Source: Callorhinchus milii
Lineage: Eukaryota
NCBI RefSeq assembly: GCF_018977255.1
Contig: NW_024704742.1
Location: forward strand, 56,484,001-56,548,000
Length of the DNA stretch: 64,000 nucleotides
Direction: 5' to 3'
Shown: positions 12,873 to 25,391 of the stretch, piece by piece
How positions within the stretch are numbered: position 1 is the first letter of the stretch
Layout of the letters: every line of letters starts with the position of its first letter
Translations under genes and position numbers: made by a program
The notes under the pieces: model-generated
Told to the model about the DNA's origin: nothing
The model's input: only the letters and a program-made list of their open reading frames with translations
Databases searched by the model: none

Positions 12873-13655
12873 GTGTTTGTGTGAGTGTGAGTGTGAGAGT
12901 ATGTGTGTGTGAATAAGTGTGAATGTGTATGAGTGTGTGTGTATGTATGTATGTATGTGTGTGTGTGTGTGTGTGTATGAGTGAGTGTGTGAATGTGTGT
13001 GTGTATGTAAGTGTGTGTATGAGTGAGTGTGAATGTGTGTGAGTGTGTGTATGAGTGTGAGTGTGTGTGCATGAGTGTGAGTGTATGTATGAGTGTGTGT
13101 GTGTGTGTATGAGTGAGTGTGTGAGTGTATGTATGAGTGTAAGTATTAGTGTGTGTGTATATGTGAGTGTGTGTGTGAGTGTGTATGTATATGAGTGTGT
13201 GTATGTATGTGTGTATGAGTGTGAGTGTGTATGAGTGTGTATATGTGAGTGAGTGTGTGTATGTGTGTGTGAGTATGTATGTGTGTGTGTGTGAGTGTGT
13301 GTGTATGTGAGTGAGTGTGTATGCGTGTGTGTATATGTGAGTGTGTACGGGTGTGTATATGTGAGTGAGTGTGTGTGTGTACGTGAGTGAGTGTGTATGT
13401 GAGTGAGTGAGTGAGTGCGTATGTGAGTATGTGTGTATATATGTGAGTGAGTGAGTGAGTGAGTGAGTGTGTGAGTGAGTGAGTGTGTGAGTGAGTGAGT
13501 GGGTATGTGAGTGAGTGAGTGAGTGAGAGTGAGTGAGAGTGAGTGAGTGAGTGAGTGTGTGAGTGTGTGAGTGAGTGAGTGTGTGAGTGAGTGAGTGTGT
13601 GAGTGAGTGAGTGAGTGAGTGAGTGAGTAAGTGAGTGAGTGAGTGAGTGGGTGAG
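12873..13655. repeat. Compound GT-rich microsatellite ((GT)n, (GTAT)n, (GAGT)n) in CYP4V2 intron 1
   Basis: About 780 nt of almost pure G/T/A di- and tetranucleotide units, grading from GT/GTAT to GAGT. Confidence 0.97.
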
Positions 13656-14260
13656 TGGTGCCTGTGCCCCTGGAGCAGGTGAAGCTGCCCTTACCCTCTC
13701 CCTTGGGTTTGAAGAGCAGCGCGTTGCCCAGGATGGGGTAGGTCGGGCTGACTCCCGGGATCGGCTTCAGTCGGTGCCATTTGTGCACATAGTCACCGAC
13801 CGAGTAGAGAGTGATGAGGAGCAGCAGAGCGAGGAGCACAGCGCCGAGAGACGTCCCGACCAGCAGCCAGTTACCGCTGGCCATCAAAGCTGCTTGTGGG
13901 CCAGTGCCGACACACACACACACACACATACACACACAACACCCAGCGCTGGAGGGTGGGGTCGGGGCCAGTGATCCCTCCCCAGTCCCCTCCTCTCCCA
14001 GTTATGGCAATCAGCTCCAGTCCTTGAAACCGGTTCGCAACTAAACCGCTTCGGGTTAAACTTCCCGCACTACTCGGCTTCAGGGCTCCCCCCAGGGGAG
14101 GGGAGGCGGTGCCGCCGGCGCAACTTTGCGGATGCGATGAAGCAAAGTTGGTCGTTTTCAATCCGCGGCCGTTTGCGGGACATCGCTGTGCGCCCACAAA
14201 TATACAGTCACTTCACTTTACGGTGTGTTCTGTGAAGCGCTTTGGGACGGCCTCCCGACG
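13650..14260 (-). promoter_or_regulatory. CpG-rich island / probable CYP4V2 promoter and 5' UTR
   Basis: Local excess of CpG and GC relative to the AT-rich window; GC-box-like ggggaggcgg near 14100; spans exon 1. Confidence 0.55.
13695..13884 (-). CDS. CYP4V2: Cytochrome P450 4V2, coding exon 1 (N-terminal membrane anchor)
   Basis: ATG at 13884; MASGNWLLVGTSLGAVLLALLLLITLYSVGDYVHKWHRLKPIPGVSPTYPILGNALLFKPKGE (hydrophobic anchor plus Pro-rich hinge); donor G|gtaagg, phase 1; CpG-rich context. Confidence 0.92.
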
Positions 14261-14316
14261 TGAAAAGCGCCATATCAAATGCAAGGATTATTATTATTAT
14301 TATTATTATTATTATT
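14143..14316 (+). mobile_element. 5'-truncated SINE about 260 nt upstream of the CYP4V2 start codon
   Basis: SINE body and (TTA)n tail; CpGs unusually well retained. Confidence 0.85.
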
Positions 14317-15795
14317 GACTTATACACGTTGACTATCTGCATGCATGGGATAACGTTGGTTATTTCTTGTCCCAAATTTTATTTCTTCTTCGGTGTTTCC
14401 TCCCCCCCCCACACACACACAGCAATAATAACAACACTTTGCATTCATATATAGTACTTTTACATAGAGAGAATGTGAAGAGCTTTACCAAAGACTGAGC
14501 TCAGAGGGAGGTAGGAAAGATGGGGCGAAGTGGACAACAGCACAGTCAAATACATCGTTTTTTTTGTATCAGTTAATTGTGAATTACTATGCAAGAATAA
14601 TCAATGGATTTTGTCTCCTAAATTAATTATTTTTTGTCTTGTCATTTTGGTGTCAGTCTGGCTTATTTGCAACAGCAGCACTCTCACCTCTGGAGTGAAA
14701 AGGTTGTGGGTTCAAACCCCATGTCAGGAGCTCACACTCACAGTCTCCAAATAGACTGACATGTCAATTCAGTGCTGGGGAGCTCTGCATTGAGTGGAGA
14801 TGCCATCCTTCTGAGGAGACTGAGGTCCTGTCTGCCCGTTCAGGTGGATGTTATTCGAAAAGAGAAGGGAGTTTCTCAGTGTCTTGGCCAACAATTCCCT
14901 GAAATCAGTCCATCCCTGAGTCCCTTTGCCATGACCCTTCCCTCGCCTCCAAGGTTTTTCTCTTTTGACTATGCCTTTGGTTACCTTTCCACCCCCACCC
15001 CTCTTGGTCCCATCCCTTCCCAAATTCAACCCCCAGCTCAGTTGTAAACTCTCAACTGCCCAACACCTTGGGACAGTCACCTATTGTGAACGCACTATAC
15101 AAATCCATGTTATTGTTTGTTGTTGTTGTTTATTCACTTCATGGCTATTTGTGGGACATTGATAAAAAGAGCCTGCCACTTTTGCCTGCAAAATATACAG
15201 TCACTACATTGCAATGAATCCTAAGAAGCACTATGAAATGTGCTCTCGAGGTAGGATGCATTATCACACCTATGGATTAAGGCTGTAAGGAAGTCGTGAC
15301 TTTTCTTGTTCCAAAAGTTGCGCCACAGTTTGTTAAAGTTTGTAGTGTTGGTGCTCTCAGTTCAAGTTCAAGTACCTTCAGTGAGTGTGTGCTCCTATAG
15401 GACCATCTACCTGTCCGTCATCACACTCTGTGCTTCTATTGCACCCTCCCTCTGTCCATCAACCATCCCTGTGCTCTCAATGGGCCATCCTACCAACTGA
15501 TGAATAGTCCAATGAGAGTATAGGATGAGTCCATGGTCAGCCAGATGGTCCAGTGGAAGCAGAGGGCAGGTAAATGGACAGTTCTTTGATCCATTGGGAG
15601 TGTGGGTCAGTGTTGGATAGGTGGATAGATGGATCATCCAATGGGAGCAGCTCGTCACCATAGTCACTAAAAGTTGCGGCAATCATAAAAAGTTGCAGTA
15701 TGTTGCAAAGCTGAATCTCCTTGGAGTCAGTTCAATTCAAAGGACACCCCACCTACCTCCTCCCTAAGGAAGATAGTGACTAGTTGGTCATTTGT

Positions 15796-16159
15796 GGGGT
15801 CCTGTAGCTCAGTGGTTAGAGCACTCGCCTCGCAAGGGAGAGACTTGGGTTCGAAGGGCGACATGTTGGGCAAGTTTCCTTATGCCTCTGTTTACCTAGC
15901 AGTAAGTTGGACCCCAATTGTTGGTGGATTGGTGGATCACGTTTCCAGGGATAATAATTCCTTCAATATTAAAAAAAATAATAAATTGGTCACTCAATCC
16001 ACGACTGTTTGTGGGACAGTGTTGTGTGCAATTGGCTGCTGCGTTTCATCCAAAAAATATACAGTCAATTCATTTTACAGTATATTCTGTGAAGTGCTTT
16101 GAGGTGCCTCGAAATCGTGATGAGGCACTATATAAAATGCAAGGATTATTATTATTATT
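15796..16159 (+). mobile_element. Full-length tRNA-derived SINE, long variant
   Basis: Head GGGGTCCTGTAGCTCAGTGGTTAGAGC (A box), B-box-like GGTTCGAA, extra internal segment, (TTA)n tail. Confidence 0.88.
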
Positions 16160-16899
16160 GACATCCGACAAGTGTAGATTGAGGTGTCATTAGGTGGATG
16201 GGAGGTACTGATGGACGACACAGCTCATAAAATGTGTGAGAATATTCCCACCATCCTCCTGCCCATAAATCAGACACACATCCCTACCGATTGACCAATG
16301 GTTCCATCAGTTGGAAGTGCAGAGCTTCAGCAGAAGATACTTACCTCTCTGAATACCTATCAAGGTGAATTCCAAGCTGTTGCATATGTGAGCATGTATT
16401 CACAAACCCAGACTCCAGGTAACACCCTCCAACAACTGTGGTCCAAAGTCTCAAGCCTAATGCTGCGGTACCAGGTTTATTCAGCATCTGCTGCTTAATC
16501 CAGGTTCTGATGTTCAGGGCTTTGGCAAATAGACATGCCCGCCATGAAACCAGCAACAGGTCAGTCAGACAGACTCCACCCTCCCTGCAACTGCTTTCCC
16601 TCTACCACAAATGCACATGACTACTTGATCCTGGACTTCACAAACGAATCAGAGGAAACTCTCCACTGTGTTCCCAAGAGCTCAAAAACATAAAGGAGTG
16701 TTTTAGCCACACTTCTTATATGACATATTCTTTAACTGCATTGGAATCTTGTTCTCATTGAAGTGAAATGCTGCACTCATTTAGTCCAAATAGGACATAT
16801 TTTACATTTAAACTGATTAAAGATCGAGTTATTTAATTTTACATATTATTAAATGCACCTACTTTTCTGCTAAGAATGTTCACAGTAAAATTCAAAATC

Positions 16900-18479
16900 T
16901 TTTTTCCATCAATAGTATGTAGTTTATTTACACCAGACATTAAAGAAAGAACATCTTGAATATCAAATTATTTTGGATGGACTATTTCGAAACTGGTATC
17001 ATATGTTTTATCATAAGGACCAATGAACATTGCATCTTCTAATAAACACAGTAGATTCAGAATAATATATAAATGATGTTTGGCAAATTCACACAGCAAA
17101 ATGCACTTAAATTGTTTTATGTATTTGCATTAAAAACAAAGTTTGCAACAAGCATTGGTTTATAATTTTTTTAAATAACTATTTCCATTTTACATAGCGT
17201 TAAATACAATGCTACAGGGTATTAGGCTCAACTAATTCCACTCTGTTCCCTTCTCTGGTATGAATGCATCAAATGAAGTATATAATTGAGAGATATAATG
17301 AGAAATCAATAATATCTAAACAATTAGAGGGAAAATCACCGAGAGTCAGTGTTGTAGATTTATTTTCTTGTTACAGTAAAACTCACATAAGTCTGATCTG
17401 TATACATAATATAATCTCCTAAATTGTACATCTGCCCAAGTCCCGTTCAAGATTTTATATTTTATGCAAGTTTGACATAACTCACATTCACAATATGACA
17501 ACTCACATATGTCATATTGAAATGTTTGGTCTCAACTGACATGACTTATGTGAGTTTTACTGTGTTGCATAGCATAGATAATTTGAATATACATATAATA
17601 TGTTTATTATATATGTTTTCAAAAGCAAGGATTACTATTAATATGAAATTTATATATACAGATTCATTTATATACATACATATATGCACAATACATGTTA
17701 ATTAACAGCTTTTTAAAAATAAATTATAAATAATATAAATAAGAAACAAGAGTAAAATACAAACATTATTTATATAATATAATAACAATGGACATTACTG
17801 TAATCAGAAAGAGATGGCAAACAATGCATTCAGAACCCACACCTCTCCAGATACTTTAGTTTCACACCAATGTTGACAGACTACAACTGAAATTGTGTTA
17901 GTCTGAAGAGGAATTAGGTGAATCTCTGTCCTGAAGATGTAAATTGGGTTTGTTCCCTTCATCTCGCTCAGATTGAATTGCAAGGAAATAAAGCTGGTGC
18001 AATAAAGATTTGATCCGCTAATGCTGTGTAGTTTGTAAATTAATGTACCTTTGACCTTGGGTAGCTGCCTGTCAGAACTGTATTGAGGTATCAACATGAG
18101 CAGTTTGAAAGATATAAAAAAACAGCAGTTACTCATAGTTTTGTGCTATTGAATCTCTTTTGAATACTCATGCAAGAGTGATTTATTTTCTGCAGTTTTG
18201 AAAAATGTCCTTGTTGGCTGATCCATTGTTTATTGCATAGTTCATCACATCTTGTTATATGAAATAGTAGGAAGACAGCTAAGAGTCACTGTTTGATTTG
18301 TTGATGGCTGTAATGCTTCACTATTTTGTGGAGCACAACAGGAAGAAAGCTTCCTCAGCACATGTATCTTTCAAGCCCAGTTGAATTTTCACTGCAGGTT
18401 TTCTTTTCATTAGACTTTTCCCTTTGCACCCATCATGTTTAAATTGTATCCCATTCTCCAATCAGCGGACTTGTTGCAC
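16900..18479 (-). other. FAM149A: Probable FAM149A 3' UTR (AT-rich, TE-poor)
   Basis: Follows the stop codon; several minus-strand AATAAA (e.g. 16923-16928, 17359-17364, 17603-17608); true end unknown. Confidence 0.5.
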
Positions 18480-18559
18480 TTATGAAACTACCTGAGATCT
18501 CTTTTTGGAACTTGTAGGAAGTCGATGAAATGTCTTGGGCTGTAAATGAACTTGTGGAC
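18480..18559 (-). CDS. FAM149A: FAM149A last coding exon with stop codon
   Basis: GPQVHLQPKTFHRLPTSSKKRSQVVS*; tag| acceptor; TAA at 18482-18480; resembles the FAM149A C-terminus. Confidence 0.88.
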
Positions 18560-19349
18560 CTAAACATGGGAACAGCAATTTAAGCAAACAATGATCAACA
18601 TCAAAAGAGAGTTGCATTTGTAGGTACTACTTTTTTGCCAGTTCATTGAAAAGAAGATTTAGTCAGTCATCAACAACAACAAATTACACTTGTATAGTGC
18701 CCTACATGTCGGAAATAATTCCCAGGGCACTGGACAATCATGGGTTTTGGAATGGGTGAAGAATAACATAATTATATTTAATCAGCAGGATCTCAGACAC
18801 ATGTGGGCTACGGCCACCCATCACCGTTCTTAAGAGAATCTAAAGTGGAATAATAAAACACATTCAAAAAAATGTTGAACATTCTGTCAGTTTGAAACAA
18901 AGTTGTAACTTTTTCAAGTGAAATATTTTGAAGACTTACAATATTTACACAAAAGTGATAACCAATCAAAATTCCCATGAGGTATTCTCCCAAGGTCCCT
19001 AAATCCCTCAAATAAAGTTGGCCATTCACTTCACGGCTGTTTGTGGGACATTAGTTAACACATTTGCCTACAAATACCGTCACGATACTTCATAGTAAAA
19101 CCCTGTGAAGTGATTTGAGATGCCATGACAACACGATATGGTGCTATATCAAATGCTATATTATTTTATTATTATTAATAGTTTGACATGACTCGAAGGC
19201 AAATTTCAAGCAGAAATGAAAGCTACTCGAACACTTGTAAAACAAAATATTTATGTGGTATACGTAGGGAAACCTGTGCAGTGAAATAATTCCAATGTTA
19301 GAAATGTGTTTTGCATTGAAGTTAGGAATGTTGTAATTTCTAATTTCAC

Positions 19350-19960
19350 AGTTCGTTTTGCCTCGATCCCTCCCTTGACTCCTTCAAGTCTCATCTCAAG
19401 ACTCTCCTCTTCAACCACGGCTTTGGTCACCCTCCTACCCCAATCCTCTACCCCTTTTGATCCCAATCCCCAGCTTGGATCCAAATCCCTGATCGCCCAG
19501 CACCTTGAAACATCCTCCCGACATGAAAGGTGCTATACAAATGTAATCTTGTAGTTGTAAGTATACAGAAAATCTGAGCTGCCTATGGGAATGCCCAAGT
19601 TCAAAATAAGTTGTCACAATTGTCAATTCTTAGATCTCAAATTCAAATAGAAATCAAAGGTTCAATCAGCAACAACAACAAAATACATGTGTATAGCGCC
19701 TTACATGTCAGAAGGATGTCCCAAGGCGCTGGACAAACAGAGTTACGGACCCGAGCTGGGTCGGGATCAGCGAGGGTGCAGGGCAGTGGGGGGTAAGCAG
19801 GGTGATCGAAAGCACGATCAATAAGAAGGGTCTTCAGATGGGTCTTGAAGGAGGCGAGGGAGGGGGTGAGATGAAGGGACTGCAGGATGGAGTTCCAGAG
19901 GGTGGGGACAGAGTGGCAGAAGCCCCCCCCCCCGCCAATTGTGGGGCGAGCGAGGCGGGG
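19350..19960. mobile_element. Two convergent L2 3' fragments (19350-19557 +, 19671-19960 -)
   Basis: L2 3' UTR and tail motifs on opposite strands. Confidence 0.75.
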
Positions 19961-21201
19961 GACATGTCTAACAATCAGTCTAACAATCAGACACTAACAA
20001 TTATTCTGTTAATATCAACTTGGAAAAAGAGCCAAAGAGCATGGGCTGATACTCTTCAGGTCTTAAAAAAAACTTGCATTTGATTCTAGCACCTTTTACA
20101 TCGAAAGCGCTTCACAGAATTTACTGCAAAATGTACACGAAAATGCTGCGGCCAATTTGTGCATAGCAATGACCCACAAACAACTATAAAGTGAATGACC
20201 AATTTTATCTGGGGGATTGTTGGCCAGGACTGCGGGTGAAACTTCCTTCTGCTCTTTTCAAGAAGTGCCATGGATATCTTTATTGTCCGTTTGAACAGGC
20301 ACCACACTGGAGTGTCAGCCTAGACTATGTGAATTCAAGGTCCCAAAATGAGGCTTGAAACCACAACCTCCTACCAACTGAAGCAGCCTGTCGTCTAAAA
20401 ACAGGGGTAAAGCAGCTTTTTCAAATGTGTAACAGATCTGTGATTTAAATCATAAGATCCAGCAGCACTAAACTGGCTGAAACAGTGAAAGTTGTAAGTA
20501 AGTGCCAATTATAAAGTAGAGGTCAATTACAAGGCACCTTGACCAATCATATTTCCATGCTCTGAGGCAGTGAATGAACTACTTGATGCTACAAATTTTA
20601 AGAAGTCCTCGTGCCAATAAGTGAAATACCAGAATTATGGTTGGAAGTGGATCGATGGGCATAAATGTGAAGGTCCATTTAAGCAAGGAGTCTCTCTGCA
20701 AGAACTGGTGGGAAGAGTTAGGGAGAAAAAGGATGATGATGATAATTTGAGTTATAATGAAATCACGGCTTTCATGAATTGAATAATATGAAACAGGCTT
20801 GTCGGGTAATTTATTTACTCCTTTGATACTCACCAGACTATTTTCATAGTTCTAAGGCCTTAATAATAATAAGCGTTACATTTGATACAAAGTTCCAGCT
20901 ATCCTGCATAAGGGAGCTTGCTGCTGTTGTAATTTCTTTCACATTGGTAGGAACTCTCAAAACGTTTCATAGGATTTTACTGTAAAGTGTATTGATCCTA
21001 ACCCTAACCCTATGACCATTGCGGTAGACATTCCATTTAGATTTACGCACATCGTCTTAGTCTATGTCAGCCACTAATGGGATTTCCCAACGATCATCAC
21101 AGATCGCCAAAGGCACTATGCAGAATGGAATCTTCATCCCATTATAATTCAATTTATATTTACATAGCACCTTTCACGTTAGGATGATGTCTCAAAGAGC
21201 T

Positions 21202-21910
21202 CAACAACAACAACAACAATAATAACAAGATTGCATTTATAGAGCGCTTTTCACGTCGGGAGGACGTCCCAAGGCGCTGAACAGTTGGGTCGGGACCCGA
21301 GCAGAGGAGAAATGGTCAGGGTGAGGGGAGGGAAGGGAGGGAGCGAGGATGGGGTAGAGAGTCGAGAGGGGAGCTGAAGGCACGGTTGAAGAGAAAGGTC
21401 TTGAGACCGGCCTTGAAGGAGGAAAGGGAGGAGGCGGCGAAGGCACTGGGGGATGGAGTTCCAGAGCCTAGTGGCTGAGAGGCTGAAGGCCCGGCCACCG
21501 ATGGTAGGGTGGTTAGAGCGGGGGATGTGGAGCAGACCGGAGTCAGAGGAACGGAGGGTAGGGGCAGTACGTGGGGGGATAGTAGATCGGAGAGGTAGGA
21601 GGGTGTAAGGCCCTCATCTCAACAATGCTGAGTGAGCATATGAGCTGAGGGTTGGGAGAGGAAAGATGACTGAAAGTGCGGTCAAAGAGATACATTTTGA
21701 AATGTAACTTGAACGAGCAGAGTAGTAGGAATTTGGGGATGGCCTTCCAGAGAGCAGGGACACAATGGTTGAAAGCCAGCCTGATGATAGTAGGATGGAT
21801 AGACCTAGGGCAGCCCAGTGTTTGCTGAGCAAAGGGAGCAGCAAGGTGGGTGGGGTTTAAGGAGGTGCAGAGGTAAGGTGGTGCAGGACTATAGCGAGAT
21901 TTGAACATGA
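21202..21910 (-). mobile_element. Two juxtaposed L2 3' fragments
   Basis: Young copy 21202-21615 is nearly identical to 8445-8608; older copy 21615-21910 (APPYL...FNHCVPALWKAIP). Confidence 0.82.
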
Positions 21911-22123
21911 GAAAGATTTCTTAAAATTTAAGATCCTGCAGGATTTGGGAAAATTCTTAAATTCTGTCTCAATTTGGAAACAGGTTCCTGAAAAGAACTG
22001 GCTTTCAAATAGAGTATGAATTTAAAATTTTTCCTAAATTCTCCATGATCTTAAATTTAAAACCAATGGATTTTAAGCTATGATAAATTGTGGGCCTCTG
22101 ATAACAATTAAAAGTGTCAGTAC

Positions 22124-22270
22124 CCCATGTTGACTGATACTCTTCCTCATCTCCTTCAACAGGTGACTGTTTTAATAGATGATGATAGTGATGTACGGAA
22201 TCTGTATAGTAACTGGAAGTGGAAGCAGAAATCCCCAGACTGGTGCCAGTAACGCCAATTCCAACGTGAT
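22124..22270 (-). CDS. FAM149A: FAM149A penultimate exon (147 nt, symmetric phase 1-1)
   Basis: DHVGIGVTGTSLGISASTSSYYTDSVHHYHHLLKQSPVEGDEEEYQSTW; cag| and |gtactg; open frame. Confidence 0.75.
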
Positions 22271-22504
22271 CTGCAAGGAAAATTTCCGAACATCAGATTC
22301 ATTCAATGTGTTTTGTTTTGATTTTGTGAAAATCAACTTTGAGCCTATGCTATTTGTTACATCTTTGCCAATAGGTTAAAAATGTGAAATACAATACTAA
22401 CATACCTGATATAAACCTGATCTTTAGAACTTAAATGTTTACTGGTTCTTCCCCCCACCCCACAACTTGGAATGGATTAACTCAACAGGCTGCTACTCGC
22501 TTAC

Positions 22505-22583
22505 CTGTAAGGGAACCTCGGCCTGTCCGTGTATGGCTGGCGTAGTCCATTGGTGTGAAAGATCGTTTGAACGGTGTGTCAGA
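22505..22583 (-). CDS. FAM149A: FAM149A exon (79 nt)
   Basis: SDTPFKRSFTPMDYASHTRTGRGSLT; cag| and |gtaagc. Confidence 0.9.
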
Positions 22584-23758
22584 CTGAGAAAAGTAAATAT
22601 CATTCCTGTTAAAACCAAGCCATCAGCCATCAATTTCTGATTTAGAGAAGCAAACTGTGAAATCTACCAATATATTCATGATCAATGAGACTGTTAGCAT
22701 TTTGAAAGATATTTTCAAGAAGGTTGTTCTGGACTTCTAAATAATGGACTTCTAAATTTTATGAACTTGTCCCCATTACCATGTTTAAGGATATCCAAAC
22801 CAGACTGAGAGTTTCAAGTACCCCACCTTTCCAACAGCGCCTTTGGTCACCTTCCTCCCCTTCTCCCTGGCTCGGCCCTGGGATCCATTACTGTGAAGCG
22901 CTCTGAGACACCGTCTGGCGTGGGAGGGCATTGTATAAATCCGAGTTGTTATTGTTAAACACATGGGAATTCCTATGTTTCAAATGGTCACTCTCTCCCC
23001 GGATGAATTCACCCTGTTTACCTAATGTTAGACAGTATTAGGCACAAGTTGTGCAGAACCAGGCTTGGGAACCCCAAAGTGTGCATTGGGGTACTCTTGG
23101 AGTTTAACCAGCTAAAACAACATAGCTTGCCATTGAAGATACTTAACACATTTGTGATGCATATGATAGAATTACTTTGTGTATAAGATAAATAGAATAT
23201 AAAATAAAAACAGCAGGCTTAGCAGCAACTGAAAAAGAAAAATCGGAGGAAACTTTAATCGAATTGAAACAGAAAAATATGCTTTTTATAGAATAGAGGG
23301 CACAAGGTCCAGGAAAAAACAACTAATGTGCAAACCCAGTAGAGCAATAGATTGGAACTGTACTCCTCAACACACCAGCTCAGAGTCTTGGCAGACACTC
23401 TAGTGCAGCGTTTAAACAACCAGGCAGAATAATCAATCTGCTGCAGTGCCTTGGATTACTGCCAAGTTTTGGCAAATGTACCTTTTCTGACTGAGTCCAA
23501 CTCCAGTGATCAAATGCCTCGGGAAACAAGGGGAGATAACCTTTTAAAAAATCAAATAAGGATTTCCTGCTTAACATGTAACCACGACTTTGTCCTCCCA
23601 TTTTAAAATCAGGAATGTACATAGTTCATTTTCAAAATAAATATCATAATGGAACTGGAATTTCACAAGATGCAGCTGTCCTCAAAAAACATGCAAACAC
23701 CACGTGGTGTTATCATGTCCAGTAGCTGATCTCAGGACACAGAAAGGACAGTGCTTAC

Positions 23759-23884
23759 CCTAAATGTGTGGGTTGTATTTGGTCTTGAAAATGTATCCAT
23801 GGAGACAGGTCTCTCCCTAAAAGGTCGACGTCCAGCTCCTTCCCCTGAAGCACTCGAGACCCAGCTGTGTGGAAATCGTCCTTT
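23759..23884 (-). CDS. FAM149A: FAM149A exon (126 nt)
   Basis: KGRFPHSWVSSASGEGAGRRPFRERPVSMDTFSRPNTTHTFR; RPxTTHTF motif; cag| and |gtaagc. Confidence 0.91.
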
Positions 23885-24946
23885 CTGTCATAAGTATGAA
23901 TACGGGTTTGTGCATGGGTTATTTTTAGTGGAGCACTATCAATTATTAATTTAAACAACTTACAGATAAAGGATTCTGACCCCATGTAATATGAGGATGA
24001 AAGTGTTTCACTGGAAACTTCTGTCAAATTTGACCTCTACGTGCAATTGTATCTCAACAATCTGACAACAATGGTCATTTTCACTTGTTCTTTTTGAAAC
24101 TCCCAACACTTCTCCTTAAAACTCCCGACTTCTCACAACATGAAAAGCACTATATAAATGAATTGTATTGTAAACAGTGACTCATGCTGAAAATAGATTC
24201 CATGGATATCAGCAGCCTTCCAGTATCTTGTTCAGGTTTCCATTCTAAATGTGAGACTATAAAATGACGTTGACAGGCTATTTAACAGTGGGGACATCAC
24301 AGCAAACTTTGATCTGTATTACACCCATATGTCCACTAATGTGTGCTTTGTATTGGTCAAAACATAGTGGACACCACATAGTGATCTCGAGTGAGATCCC
24401 TAACTATTTTTTACCGAATGGAACTCGGGTTATCTATAGTATCCCCATTGCTGCCAGTGCAGAGATTAGTTTAAACACCAATGATTAAATCTGGAACCTT
24501 CCTTGTACACATGGCTCAATATCATGCAAGGCAGTGCATTTCACCTATTAAGTATGGAGCCACTGTACTTTGCACTATATACTAAAAAAGGTGTGAGGGG
24601 TCTTCCCAAAGTGAAAGGCGCTGTTTCAAATATAAGAATTAATATTAGCCCTGAGTTATTGGGAAGATAACAAACTTTCTGTAGAAAAATAAACTTTCAC
24701 ATCATGACTGTTTGTTGGAAATTGTAGTGCGCAAATTGGCTGATGAGTTTGCCTACAAAATACAGTCACTACATTTTACAATAAAGATCCTGCCAACATA
24801 TATCAAATGGAAGGGTTATTAAAACAGGGAGTTATTATCTAACAGCATTAAATTTATTAGATTGTGTGATTGACACCTTTCTAGTTCTAAGTTTAGAACA
24901 CCAAAGAGCACATGAAGCTGCTTGAAGAAAGACTGTTCTATCTTAC

Positions 24947-25070
24947 CAGCTGGTGCCTTGACCCAGGGCCTGAAAAGTGTGCTTCCGCTGGCTCTGAATT
25001 AATGGGAGGTAACTGGTTATTGCGAGCAGTCTGTACTGAAGGAGAGGAGAGTCGATCAATGCCAGTGTGT
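24947..25070 (-). CDS. FAM149A: FAM149A exon (124 nt)
   Basis: HTGIDRLSSPSVQTARNNQLPPINSEPAEAHFSGPGSRHQL; cag| and |gtaaga. Confidence 0.9.
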
Positions 25071-25391
25071 CTGAATGGATGAGAATTAGAAACAACTTTA
25101 ATAGACTAACAATTTTCACAGTCTTAAGCGTTAGGGTGTCCCACTACAGAAAGTACTTGTTGGAAAGTTAGGAGTGTTCATATGGCATCATAGAGCAGAG
25201 CTCCAGCAAGTTGTAACATCTTCTAGCTTCCAGATTGACTTACAGGCTTTAAATAACAACCCACTATTTAGAATATCTTGGTTCAGTTTTGGTTATCTCT
25301 TGGTTACAGAGAACTTTTACTTCATTTTGGTTTGTTTCGGAACTAACATTGACGTTTGGTATACTGTAGACCGTGGGTGATGACATGGATG

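Noticed and set aside
12793..13935. 380-aa Thr/His-rich ORF
   Set aside because: Only 13884-13695 is real coding sequence (CYP4V2 exon 1); the rest is read-through of a stop-free microsatellite
20997..21012. Telomere-like CCTAACCCTAACCCTA
   Set aside because: Fewer than three units, too short to call an interstitial telomere
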